A stretch of 37,474 bases of DNA from a virus (lineage: Duplodnaviria; Caudoviricetes): positions 1-37,474 of the IMG/VR virus record IMGVR_UViG_3300029787_000142; one strand, 5' to 3'. A model generated the notes under the pieces. The model was not told the origin of the DNA. It did no database searches and saw only the letters and a list, made by a program, of their open reading frames with translations. This document shows, in pieces, positions 1-8,447 of this stretch; position 1 is the first letter of the stretch; each line of letters begins with the position of its first letter. A program made the translations under genes and the position numbers.

Positions 1-106
1 AGGAAAGCAGCTCTAGGAGATCTTGACCTTGTTAAGGAGCTAGACAACTTTCAAAACAACATGGCTGGAAGTGCAGATAAAGCAGCAAAGCTTTTAGATC
101 TTCTTA
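1..106. repeat. Terminal direct repeat, copy 1 (circular assembly overlap)
   Basis: 1-106 is identical to 37369-37474 (aggaaagcagctctagg...gatcttctta). Confidence 0.97.
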
Positions 107-3042
107 GAATACAAAGACAATTTATAGAAATTTCAGACATTCAAGGGTTTAGGCTAGATGTTTTAGAGGATGCTGTTCAGGCAACAATTGATGGAAGATC
201 TATCAATTACAATATTGGAAGCATTCTAGATAAAGACTCTGTTTTAAAAAGCCTGTCCAAAGAAGCCGAACAAAAAAGAAACGAGTTTAGAAAAGCGCTT
301 GCAGCAAACGATGAAACAGCAAAGAAAAAAGCTCTTGATGAAATTGAAGACATAAAATCTAGAAGAAAAAAACGAGAACAAGAAGTAAGAGAAAACGAGC
401 ACAGTTTTTATTCTGCATCTGAAAATCCTGACGAATATAAAATACCTAAAAAAATGTCAGAAGTTTTTAACAATGTTGCAGAAAGCTACGCAAGAACCAG
501 GCTTGCTCTTTTTAAAGTTCTTGACAGAAATCCAGATGCAGATGCAAACAACTTTATTGCTAATGCTATTAAGGAAATTAATGAAAGAGAAATGTCTCTT
601 TATACTGATTTTCTTAGCGATCAAAACATTGCCAAATACGAATCACAATTAAGACAAGAGCTTAAAGAAACAAAGCTATCAGGAAAAGAGCAATCTCTAA
701 TAGACAGAGTTAAAACCAGAGTAGGCAAAATTTTGGAACAGCACCTATCAACATCTGGCTATCGCCCGATTAGAGACATCATGGAAGCTGGTTCTGAATT
801 TGGGACAAACCCTGAAATTTACTACAAAGACTTTACTAATGCTCTCGAAGAAGTTCTTGAGTTTGGAAATTTTGAAAAGCTAACTGAGCTTGTTAACGCT
901 GTAGATTTAATGCCAGGAAACATTGGCAAAATGTTTAAGCAAGAGCTTGGCATTTCTGCAAACAAACAATCTATGTCTTTTGTTGCAAGAGCTGCTGATG
1001 GTGGTGTTGAGCAAAAATCCATTAACTTTGAAAAAGCCAGAGAAGCATTTACCAAAGAAGGAACAATTGACTTAGGAGAGTCAAGAGTTAATGGCGCTGT
1101 TGAGGAAATGAGAGCCACTAAGCTTAAGTTAAAAGATGCATTTAACAAAGCTAGAAAACTGGAAATTGTAAAAAGAGAAGATAATCGAGTACCAAAAACA
1201 ACAGAATATCTTACGTCTGGTCCTTTGGCCTATACTGATGGCGGTTCTTTTTTACCAATTAGGGCTGACCTTGAGTCAGTTTTAAATAGGCTAAACTATA
1301 GTGACGCTGTATTTGATACCAGTCTTGTAGCTAAAGCATTTAAATCAGTAGAAGACATTCAAACATACTTACTTAAAAGCCTTGAGTATGGATCTGTTCC
1401 TGCAAGTGACACAATTAAAAGCGTAATTGAAAAAGATGTAATTGAAATGCTTAGGGCTGACATGAAAAACAGAAGCCGATGGGGGCAAATGGCCAAGCTT
1501 AAGGATGAGTTTGATACAAAAGCTAAAAGGTTTAATTTATTTGACCAGCAAACTGGCAAGCTAACAAAGCAAGTTGGCGATGAAACTCTTGCAGATCCAA
1601 AAGCCTTTATGACTTTTGTTAAAAACTTAGACAATGCAAACAGTGAAATTCTTTTAAAGCAACTTAATGGATACGGAAGAAGCGGCAGAGACTTGCTTGA
1701 AATGATTAGAGCAAACTTTGACGAGGTTGGAATAGAAAAGCCAGGTGTTGCAAGCGGCATTGATAAAAATCTACCTGCTCAAGTTAGATATGGAATTGAG
1801 AAAAAACTAAGAGAAATAGATAAGCTTGGAGTAGATATAAATCCTTCGGTCAGAACAGTTTCAGATCCTCACATGCTTTGGGATTCAAGACTTAAAAGCA
1901 TGATTGACTACTCTTCTGCATCAAGCAACGACCTTGATAAGCTGCTTGCAGAAATAAAAGAAAAGCTACCACTTGCCGAAGCATTTCTTTCTACCAATGC
2001 CAGAAACGAAAACATTGCTAACTCAATTAGCGATCTTGGAAGAGGTGGCGTTCTTGCCACAATGGCTTATTTGGCAACTGGCAGTAAAGTAGCGTCAGCT
2101 GCCGCAGGTGCTGCAGTCGGGGCAAGTAGCATGGCCCTTAACCCTGAAAGATATTTGCAGCTAATGTATCAAATGAAAGTTCTTCATGATGCAAATAAAA
2201 AACTTATCAGCGATTACATGAAGGACTGGGCTGAAAACAAAGTGCCTAAAGCTGCAATTTCAAAAGAATGGGAAAAAAAATCCAGAAGCATGCTTATGGT
2301 TGCATCTCAGCCTTATCAAAGAGACACAAGAGAAGGACGAACCAAGATAAGAAAAAAAGCTGCTCAAAATAGAAACGTTAGCAACTGGTCTAAAAAAATA
2401 GAAGAAGCTTTATCTTCTGAGCTAACAGAGGAAAACTTCTTTGAGTCTAGTACAGCAATAAGTCAGCTTGCATCTAGTAAAATGCTTATGGACAAGTTCA
2501 CAAAAGAAGTAACAAAAATCTTTGAACAAACACCAGACATACGATCAGCAATGCAGGAAACTATTGAGCGTAAGATTAAAATTGCAAACAGCTTAATACC
2601 AAAAGCAAACACAGGCACTGTTTTTTCAGACCCTATTCCTCCAACAACTTTTCAACTTCAAGAGTTTGGCAGAGCCTTGCAGGTATTAAACAGCCCCAAA
2701 GATACAATTCTTACAGCAATGCTTTCAGGAACCTTAACTCCAGAAATGGTTAAAGTCCTTGCTAATGCTTGGCCTCAAATTTATGCAGAAATAGTGACAG
2801 AGGCTATGAGCGCAGCTGACAATAACCGAGGAAGCTTAACCCAGTCTCAGAAAACAGTTCTTGCTACATTGACAGGTGCTTCAATGATGGATGCATCAGA
2901 AGCTGCAAGACTGTCAGCAACCTTTGCTCCTAAGGAAGATGGCCAAAGAGGTGGCCAGCCTGGGCCAAGGCCAGGAGGCATGAGGCAAAGCGTAAATGCG
3001 CTTAGCGCAGGAACAACTGATGGGACGCTTAACAGGCAATAA
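1..3042 (+). CDS. C-terminal part of a ~1375-aa putative ejection/internal virion protein starting at 36283 and crossing the junction
   Basis: ATG 61 corresponds to 37429, which is in frame with ATG 36283 (382 codons, no stop). Helical charged protein with an Ala/Gly hydrophobic patch. Third large gene after the nozzle. Confidence 0.8.
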   Translation, partial: RKAALGDLDLVKELDNFQNNMAGSADKAAKLLDLLRIQRQFIEISDIQGFRLDVLEDAVQATIDGRSINYNIGSILDKDSVLKSLSKEAEQKRNEFRKALAANDETAKKKALDEIEDIKSRRKKREQEVRENEHSFYSASENPDEYKIPKKMSEVFNNVAESYARTRLALFKVLDRNPDADANNFIANAIKEINEREMSLYTDFLSDQNIAKYESQLRQELKETKLSGKEQSLIDRVKTRVGKILEQHLSTSGYRPIRDIMEAGSEFGTNPEIYYKDFTNALEEVLEFGNFEKLTELVNAVDLMPGNIGKMFKQELGISANKQSMSFVARAADGGVEQKSINFEKAREAFTKEGTIDLGESRVNGAVEEMRATKLKLKDAFNKARKLEIVKREDNRVPKTTEYLTSGPLAYTDGGSFLPIRADLESVLNRLNYSDAVFDTSLVAKAFKSVEDIQTYLLKSLEYGSVPASDTIKSVIEKDVIEMLRADMKNRSRWGQMAKLKDEFDTKAKRFNLFDQQTGKLTKQVGDETLADPKAFMTFVKNLDNANSEILLKQLNGYGRSGRDLLEMIRANFDEVGIEKPGVASGIDKNLPAQVRYGIEKKLREIDKLGVDINPSVRTVSDPHMLWDSRLKSMIDYSSASSNDLDKLLAEIKEKLPLAEAFLSTNARNENIANSISDLGRGGVLATMAYLATGSKVASAAAGAAVGASSMALNPERYLQLMYQMKVLHDANKKLISDYMKDWAENKVPKAAISKEWEKKSRSMLMVASQPYQRDTREGRTKIRKKAAQNRNVSNWSKKIEEALSSELTEENFFESSTAISQLASSKMLMDKFTKEVTKIFEQTPDIRSAMQETIERKIKIANSLIPKANTGTVFSDPIPPTTFQLQEFGRALQVLNSPKDTILTAMLSGTLTPEMVKVLANAWPQIYAEIVTEAMSAADNNRGSLTQSQKTVLATLTGASMMDASEAARLSATFAPKEDGQRGGQPGPRPGGMRQSVNALSAGTTDGTLNRQ

Positions 3043-3046
3043 GATA

Positions 3047-3078
3047 TTGCTTGAAGCAATAACTAACGGTACGATAAT
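3047..3078 (+). promoter_or_regulatory. Sigma70-like promoter for the tail fibre/lysis block
   Basis: TTGCTT-17-TACGAT, overlapping TTGAAG-16-GATAAT, in an intergenic gap. Followed by two small hairpins and an AGGAGGT RBS. Confidence 0.5.
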
Positions 3079-3137
3079 ATTAACCATTTGGGATGAAACG
3101 ATATCCCGGCTCAGTCAAGAGCCCTTAGGAGGTAACA

Positions 3138-3755
3138 GTGCAGGTTCATAAATACAGAGAAAATATTGCTGCGGCTACTATTGCAGACAAAAAGGCTCTA
3201 GATCTTAGCCTTTCTACTCATTCAAAAATCACAATTGCAATGCTTGCTACAGGCGCAAACATGAGAATCAAGGTAAACTACATCTTTGATTCTGTTGGAA
3301 CGTCAAGCAATGTAGCATCTGGCGGAGGAGCTCAGTCTGTAACTAGCGCTACTGCAGCAGACCCATGTGTTTACACATCTGCATCTCACGGCTATCTCGT
3401 TGGCGACATTGTAAGTGTTCGAGGAAATAGCTTTGACAGAAACGAAGATGGCACAACAGACACTCCATATATTTCTGCATATGAAGTTGAGTCTGGAAGA
3501 GTTACGGCTGTTCCTGATGCAAATACATTTACCATCGGAGAGCACAGCACCTCTGGAGCTGCTAGCTTTGCAGGCTCAATGACTGCTTACTATGAGGGAA
3601 TGGAGTCTTTGATTCAGCAGATAGACCTTACTGCAGGAACTCTTACTCTTCTAAACTTCGATATGAAAATAGGTAAGATTAGAATTATTCGTGGTCAAAC
3701 AGGTTCTACACCAGGCGCTGGCGTTCTTCGCATCGACGCCACAGCAGCCAAGTAG
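3138..3755 (+). CDS. Virion/tail accessory beta-rich protein
   Basis: AGGAGGT RBS with GTG start. The segment ATAADPCVYTSASHGYLVGDIV...DANTFTI resembles a small beta-barrel module common in phage tail proteins (recall). Confidence 0.6.
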   Translation: MQVHKYRENIAAATIADKKALDLSLSTHSKITIAMLATGANMRIKVNYIFDSVGTSSNVASGGGAQSVTSATAADPCVYTSASHGYLVGDIVSVRGNSFDRNEDGTTDTPYISAYEVESGRVTAVPDANTFTIGEHSTSGAASFAGSMTAYYEGMESLIQQIDLTAGTLTLLNFDMKIGKIRIIRGQTGSTPGAGVLRIDATAAK

Positions 3756-3764
3756 GAGTAAGCT

Positions 3765-5969
3765 ATGTCAGCAAAAATTATTACATATGGATCTGGAATT
3801 ACAGCAGGCACTACGGCTATCCCAGACAACACCAGCGAAGCTCTGGACATAGAAGGGACAGACGCTAACGAATATATTTCTATCGATACGATTGATTCTA
3901 ATGCTTTGATTTCATTAAAAGCGGCCGACGGCAGTCCTGGAAAAGCGTTTGAGGTTAGGTCTGACGGCGCGGTGGGCTTTAATAACTCTAACAGCGGTTG
4001 GATGACTTACGAAGACACCACTGCGACTAATCCTACTGTCGGTCCAAGAAAAAGTGATTGGGATACCGGTATTGGTAGCGCAGCAGCCGACCAGCTTTCG
4101 CTTATTGCGGGTGGTCAAGAAGGTATCAGAGTTACAGAAGCAGGCGATGCGATTACGGAAGTGGCAGTTAAAGGCCGCACAGTCATAACCGCCGATACAT
4201 CGGGCACACCTGACGACTTGGGCGATTTTGATAATTACGCTTTAGTTTTGCAGGGTTCATCAAATACAGACGATGAAACCGCGCTTCTGCTTTCAGGCTC
4301 AAGCAACACCTACGGCGGCAGTGCCATTGTTCATAAAGACACAGGCGCAGGCGGTAAAGGCGAACTAAACTTCTATACAAAGCAGAGTACGGCGGCTGAG
4401 CCCCCGGTTAAAGTCATGACGCTGACCGATGCCGGAAGCGTTCAAACAATCGGCGCAATTTCAACAGCGCTGACCGGCACATTTACAGCAACCAACGGAA
4501 GCGCTGAAATAACCAGCGGAAGCAGTACGGCATTTACAACCGAGTTACATGTCGGTTCAGCCATTGAGCTATTTGAAGGTTCAACCAGCCGGGGCGTTTT
4601 TACAGTTTCAGCAATCGGCAGCGCTACGGCATTGACACTTGACAGTACAGTTTCAGGCTTAAGCAGCAGCCCTAAAACGGGAATGACTGGAAAGGCAGAC
4701 GGCGGCGAACTTTTTGCGGTTAAGACTGGGGACAGTAAAACGTTGTTTAGTGTGACCGGGACCGGGGCTATTCAGGTTGGCAGCGCGGCGGAAGATAGCA
4801 ACGCCAACAACAACATAGCAATTGGAGACAGCGATGCGCTTGACACAATCGAGCAAAGCGGAACTAACGGAATTAAGAATACGATTATTGGTCACGCCGA
4901 TGATAACTATAAATTAACGACCGGATACGGAAATGTTTTCATTGGTTACGACTGTGGAACAGACGTTACGACCGGAAACCAGTGCGTGGCCATAGGCGAC
5001 ATCGCCATGGGTGCCGCTCAAGCTGGGGCTAATCTTACAACCGCAGTAGGTCGAAAGGCTGGATTTAGTGCAGGCAATACTGGAACTTATGTCGGAGCTT
5101 ATGCGGGTGAAGCAGTAACCGGATACAGTAATGTGGCTGTAGGTTATGGTGCGATGGGCTTGAACGGTCCAGACCAAGGTGTAGCCATAGGCCGAAGCGC
5201 TCACGCTAATTGCACAGGCGACAATAACGTGGCCATAGGCGCTTACAGTTTAGATCAGTCTGGATCGGCTGGAAACTCGGTAGCGGTCGGGTATAACGCT
5301 TTAACCGCTGCCACAGGCGATTACAATATAGCGGTCGGGAATCAAGCGGGCGACGGGGTTGGTTCGGGCGGAGGGAATTTGCTCCTGGGCTATCAGGCCG
5401 ATTGTGATGCTTCTGCAAATTATCAAATCGCGATAGGCTTTCAGGTTTCCACTTCAGCAGTTTCAACGGCAGCGATCGGTGATGCAACAAGGACAGCAAC
5501 GCTCAACTTTGGCGCAGCGGGTCAAAGCTGGTCCACGACTTCTGATGAAAGAATTAAGGAAAACGTCCAAGACTCTAAGCTGGGTTTAGATTTTATTAAC
5601 GCTCTGAGGCCGATTACTTACACTGAAATCAACCCCCAAGACTGGCCAGAAGACATTAGGCCGCACGTCTATTTTGACAGAGAAAAAACCCGCACCAACG
5701 AAGACGGCACAAAAGAAACATACATTGAGCCAGCCAAAGAACGGGAAGCAACGTCCACGGCTGTTGTCGATGGCCTCATGGCTCAAGAAGTAAAAGCCGC
5801 AGCCGATGCCGAAGGCGTAAGTTTTTCAGGCTGGGAGCAACAACCTGACGGTTTGCAGCGTTTGCAATATGAGAAATTTGTCTTACCTTTGATTGTGGCT
5901 TGCCAAGACTTAAGCGCTCAGGTCACGGCGTTAACCGCCCGAGTGGCAGAGCTTGAGGCAGGTGACTAA
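3765..5969 (+). CDS. Tail fibre/spike with C-terminal peptidase S74 intramolecular chaperone
   Basis: Repeated NxA(V/I)G beta-roll motifs. SDERIKENV...LDFINALRPITY...GLMAQEV...LQYEKFVLPLI followed by a coiled coil. Confidence 0.9.
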   Translation: MSAKIITYGSGITAGTTAIPDNTSEALDIEGTDANEYISIDTIDSNALISLKAADGSPGKAFEVRSDGAVGFNNSNSGWMTYEDTTATNPTVGPRKSDWDTGIGSAAADQLSLIAGGQEGIRVTEAGDAITEVAVKGRTVITADTSGTPDDLGDFDNYALVLQGSSNTDDETALLLSGSSNTYGGSAIVHKDTGAGGKGELNFYTKQSTAAEPPVKVMTLTDAGSVQTIGAISTALTGTFTATNGSAEITSGSSTAFTTELHVGSAIELFEGSTSRGVFTVSAIGSATALTLDSTVSGLSSSPKTGMTGKADGGELFAVKTGDSKTLFSVTGTGAIQVGSAAEDSNANNNIAIGDSDALDTIEQSGTNGIKNTIIGHADDNYKLTTGYGNVFIGYDCGTDVTTGNQCVAIGDIAMGAAQAGANLTTAVGRKAGFSAGNTGTYVGAYAGEAVTGYSNVAVGYGAMGLNGPDQGVAIGRSAHANCTGDNNVAIGAYSLDQSGSAGNSVAVGYNALTAATGDYNIAVGNQAGDGVGSGGGNLLLGYQADCDASANYQIAIGFQVSTSAVSTAAIGDATRTATLNFGAAGQSWSTTSDERIKENVQDSKLGLDFINALRPITYTEINPQDWPEDIRPHVYFDREKTRTNEDGTKETYIEPAKEREATSTAVVDGLMAQEVKAAADAEGVSFSGWEQQPDGLQRLQYEKFVLPLIVACQDLSAQVTALTARVAELEAGD

Positions 5970-5970
5970 C

Positions 5971-6258
5971 GTGGAAGATGCGTTGTTACAATCCGGAGGA
6001 ACAGCAGGTCTTATCGCTGCAATTTGGGGCGTGGCCGCTGCTATCAAACAACATAAAGAAAAGAATAACGGGGGTTCGACATACACCCGAATAACGATTT
6101 TGGAAAACAAGGTGGGTGAGCTTCAAGAGGAGCTGACACAGGCCAATGAAAAGCTTGTTAAATGCCACCGTGATTTGTGTGAGTTCCGGGAAGAATTTAG
6201 AATTTTTCTTACCCGACAAGAAACACGAGAAGAAATGCGACGGGAGATGTTGAAATGA
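5971..6258 (+). CDS. Single-TM plus coiled-coil membrane protein (holin-like or inner-membrane lysis accessory)
   Basis: GTG 5971 (in frame with track ORF 5953) just after the fibre stop. TM GLIAAIWGVAAAI, then a heptad-rich C-terminus. Confidence 0.55.
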   Translation: MEDALLQSGGTAGLIAAIWGVAAAIKQHKEKNNGGSTYTRITILENKVGELQEELTQANEKLVKCHRDLCEFREEFRIFLTRQETREEMRREMLK

Positions 6259-6518
6259 TTAAAGGTGTTACAAAAGGCGTTAAATCTACAGAGTTTTGGA
6301 TTTCTCTTGTTGGGATGCTTGGCGGGATTGTTTGTGCTGTATTTGCTGAAGCTCAGTGGGCGCAAGTAGCTGGTGCTATCCTATCTGCCGTGTGTGGTAA
6401 ATCGTATGCTGACTCTCGCAAGACAGTTAAGGCTGCAATTGCTCTTGGCGGTGCCAAAGTAGATGCTGCGCGTATCACAGCGGAGGCAACTGAAGCCGTG
6501 GGAAAGTCCGAGAAGTAG
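6255..6518 (+). CDS. Holin-like two-TM protein (87 aa)
   Basis: KSTEFW followed by two hydrophobic segments and a basic stretch. ATGA overlap with the upstream gene. Confidence 0.65.
   Translation: MIKGVTKGVKSTEFWISLVGMLGGIVCAVFAEAQWAQVAGAILSAVCGKSYADSRKTVKAAIALGGAKVDAARITAEATEAVGKSEK
6482..6506 (+). promoter_or_regulatory. Candidate programmed -1 ribosomal frameshift signal
   Basis: G GGA AAG (6500-6506) is correctly phased in the holin frame. Internal GGAGG at 6482-6486, 13 nt upstream. The -1 frame is open to 6730. Confidence 0.7.
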
Positions 6519-6730
6519 CCAGTGTTGTGGCGACAGGCTTGGCAGCGGCGGAGAGTCTTCCGGAAGATACGATTGATCTTATGCTTGGGGCTGTTGTTAA
6601 TCCTGATGGCCCCAGGGGCATTGCTAATATTGATATCTCACTGGGCAAAGACATCGCCGCATTTGCCAGTGGAGAGTTTGCAAACAATACCGATTGGTCA
6701 GCAGCCGCTGGTCTAAAAATGAGGTGGTAA
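6506..6730 (+). CDS. -1 frame extension: helix plus four amphipathic beta-strands ending in Trp (YadA-anchor-like)
   Basis: VREVASVVATGLAAAESLPEDTIDLMLGAVVN-PDG-PRGIANIDISL-GKD-IAAFASGEFA-NNTD-WSAAAGLKMRW. No convincing SD before GTG 6527. Confidence 0.65.
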   Translation, partial: VREVASVVATGLAAAESLPEDTIDLMLGAVVNPDGPRGIANIDISLGKDIAAFASGEFANNTDWSAAAGLKMRW

Positions 6731-6731
6731 A

Positions 6732-7241
6732 ATGGCTTCTCCGAAATACACAGGACAAGGCAGAGCATCCAGAGAAAAGCAAAGAGACGAGCTTCTCATG
6801 GATTTGTATGATCTTGAAAAAAAGAACGCTGATAGTGGGAGACTTTATGACCCAAGAGTTCCTGAGTTTCACAGACAGGAACTAAGAGATGCCATGGATG
6901 AAAATCTGGCTGGGTCAGGAAGCGCTAAAGCCTTTGCAGAAGGAGGTCAGCTTGGCTCTCCTGGCACAACAGACATAGAAGCTCAAAGAATGTCGGAAGC
7001 TGTTTCAATCTTAAGAGGCGAAAGACCTGAAGAAATTGAAGGAAAGTTTCGAGACACTTTAAAAAAAGCAAACAGTTACTTAAGGCCGCCTTCTTCATCT
7101 CCTTCAGAAACAGGAAAAATGACAGAAGCAGACAAAAGATTTCACATGGAAATGACTGGAAAAGGCGGGCAAGGCCCAAGCCTTGATGAAATACTTAAGA
7201 TGCTTGGAAAATCATACCATGACCAAGCAAGGAAAAAATAA
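6732..7241 (+). CDS. Hypothetical hydrophilic protein
   Basis: GAGGTGG RBS, tight gene packing, 169 aa. Confidence 0.75.
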   Translation: MASPKYTGQGRASREKQRDELLMDLYDLEKKNADSGRLYDPRVPEFHRQELRDAMDENLAGSGSAKAFAEGGQLGSPGTTDIEAQRMSEAVSILRGERPEEIEGKFRDTLKKANSYLRPPSSSPSETGKMTEADKRFHMEMTGKGGQGPSLDEILKMLGKSYHDQARKK

Positions 7242-7627
7242 TGGCTGATTACGCAAAGCTAGAAGTTCGAGGCATTTACTCTAAAAGTTCTGATTACTCT
7301 TTGCCAAAAGCAGACTTTAATCCGGCTACTTATGCTTTAACTCCTGATGAATATTTTCATTGCGAAATTCAGGCAGACACAGGCGGTGGCACTACTTTAA
7401 CTACCAGCATTCTTGGTTCTGCTACGCTCCTGGTTGTAAAAAATAACGACGCTGCAAATTATGTAACAGCTACATTTGACTGCGCTGGAATGGGAAGCAC
7501 TGACACCAGTATTCGGATTCATGCTGGCGGTGTTTTCACTACCACTGATTTTACTGTAGCTCAGAATTTAAAATTGGTTGCAAACAGTGCAGCCTGTGAG
7601 TGTGAAATTTTTATCGTAGGAACTTAA
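7241..7627 (+). CDS. Hypothetical beta-rich protein, possibly structural
   Basis: TAATG coupling. Thr/Ala-rich beta-strand pattern. Confidence 0.7.
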   Translation: MADYAKLEVRGIYSKSSDYSLPKADFNPATYALTPDEYFHCEIQADTGGGTTLTTSILGSATLLVVKNNDAANYVTATFDCAGMGSTDTSIRIHAGGVFTTTDFTVAQNLKLVANSAACECEIFIVGT

Positions 7628-7628
7628 T

Positions 7629-7889
7629 ATGCCAGCTAAGCCAAGAAAAGGTAAAGCCAAAGTAAAGGTCACAAAAAGCGGTAAGCGTGTAAGCTACGGC
7701 CAGGCCGGTAAAGCCAAAGGTGGTGGCCCTCGCGTTAAGCCAGGCACTTCTAAAGGCGACAGCTACTGTGCAAGAAGTCTTGGTATTAAGAAAAGACTTT
7801 CTAAGAAAAAACAAAATGACCCTAATAGCCCTAACAACTTGTCTCGCAAAAGATGGAAATGCGTAGGCGCTAAGTCAAAGAGAAAGTAA
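7629..7889 (+). CDS. Small Lys/Arg-rich protein
   Basis: 86 aa, very basic. SYG...GDSYCARS...SRKRWKC pattern that I recall from environmental phages. Confidence 0.8.
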   Translation: MPAKPRKGKAKVKVTKSGKRVSYGQAGKAKGGGPRVKPGTSKGDSYCARSLGIKKRLSKKKQNDPNSPNNLSRKRWKCVGAKSKRK

Positions 7890-8086
7890 TGGCAGCAAAA
7901 AAAAGGTCTAAGCCAAAAAGTCGAGTAAATGAATCTGGCAACTACACTAAGCCAACAATGCGAAAAAATCTTTTTAACAAGATTAAGGCAGCAGGCAAAG
8001 GTGGTAAGCCGGGCCAGTGGTCAGCGCGTAAAGCTCAAATGCTAGCTAAGCAGTACAAGGCTGCTGGCGGAGGTTATAAGTCATGA
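7889..8086 (+). CDS. Small basic protein with GGKPGQWSARKAQ motif
   Basis: TAATG coupling. NYTKP..RK..KIKA.GKGGKPGQWSARKAQMLAKQYKAAGGGY. Confidence 0.85.
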   Translation: MAAKKRSKPKSRVNESGNYTKPTMRKNLFNKIKAAGKGGKPGQWSARKAQMLAKQYKAAGGGYKS

Positions 8087-8208
8087 AAAAGAAACTTAAG
8101 AAAGTATCTAAAGCTTTAAGAAAAGCATCCAGCATGCACAAAGCCCAGGCTAAAACTCTTGATGGTTTGGCTAAAAAGAAAAAAGTTTCTCGCAAAAAGA
8201 AGAAGTAA
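8083..8208 (+). CDS. 41-aa Lys-rich peptide (not in ORF track)
   Basis: GGAGG RBS and ATGA overlap. MKKKLKKVSKALRKASSMHKAQAKTLDGLAKKKKVSRKKKK fills the gap between its neighbours. Confidence 0.8.
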   Translation: MKKKLKKVSKALRKASSMHKAQAKTLDGLAKKKKVSRKKKK

Positions 8209-8210
8209 AC

Positions 8211-8447
8211 ATGGCGCTTAAAAAACCCCAGAAAAGCTTAAAGAAATGGACCAAACAAAAGTGGCGAACCAAGTCAGGTAAGCCCAGCACTCAAGGTCCA
8301 AAGGCAACTGGTGAACGCTACCTTCCTTCTGCTAAGATTAAAAAAATGACAGCAAAAGAATATGCTGCAACCACTAGAAAAAAACGAGCTGATACTAAAA
8401 AAGGTAAGCAGCACAGCAAGCAACCTAAGAAAACTAGGAGATCCTAA
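8211..8447 (+). CDS. Small basic protein with QKSLKKWTKQKWRT...ERYLP motif
   Basis: 78 aa, highly basic, packed in the operon. Confidence 0.85.
   Translation: MALKKPQKSLKKWTKQKWRTKSGKPSTQGPKATGERYLPSAKIKKMTAKEYAATTRKKRADTKKGKQHSKQPKKTRRS

Noticed and set aside
1-106. Terminal repeat as a biological direct terminal repeat
   Set aside because: It lies in the middle of a coding sequence, so an assembler overlap of a circular or permuted contig is the simpler explanation.
822-1760. Antisense ORFs here and throughout both arms (e.g. 25005..25346, 33806..34162, 36888..37298, 12876..13289)
   Set aside because: Shadow frames of long, well-supported genes, without RBS or recognisable motifs.
1-3042. 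Large protein as an N4-like virion RNA polymerase reading the hairpins
   Set aside because: Much shorter than N4 vRNAP, and I could not find polymerase catalytic motifs.
6522-6716. Alternative-frame 64-aa ORF with a hydrophobic stretch (possible embedded lipoprotein)
   Set aside because: No RBS, and the Cys lies mid-hydrophobic segment without a proper lipobox. The -1 frame ORF has stronger support.
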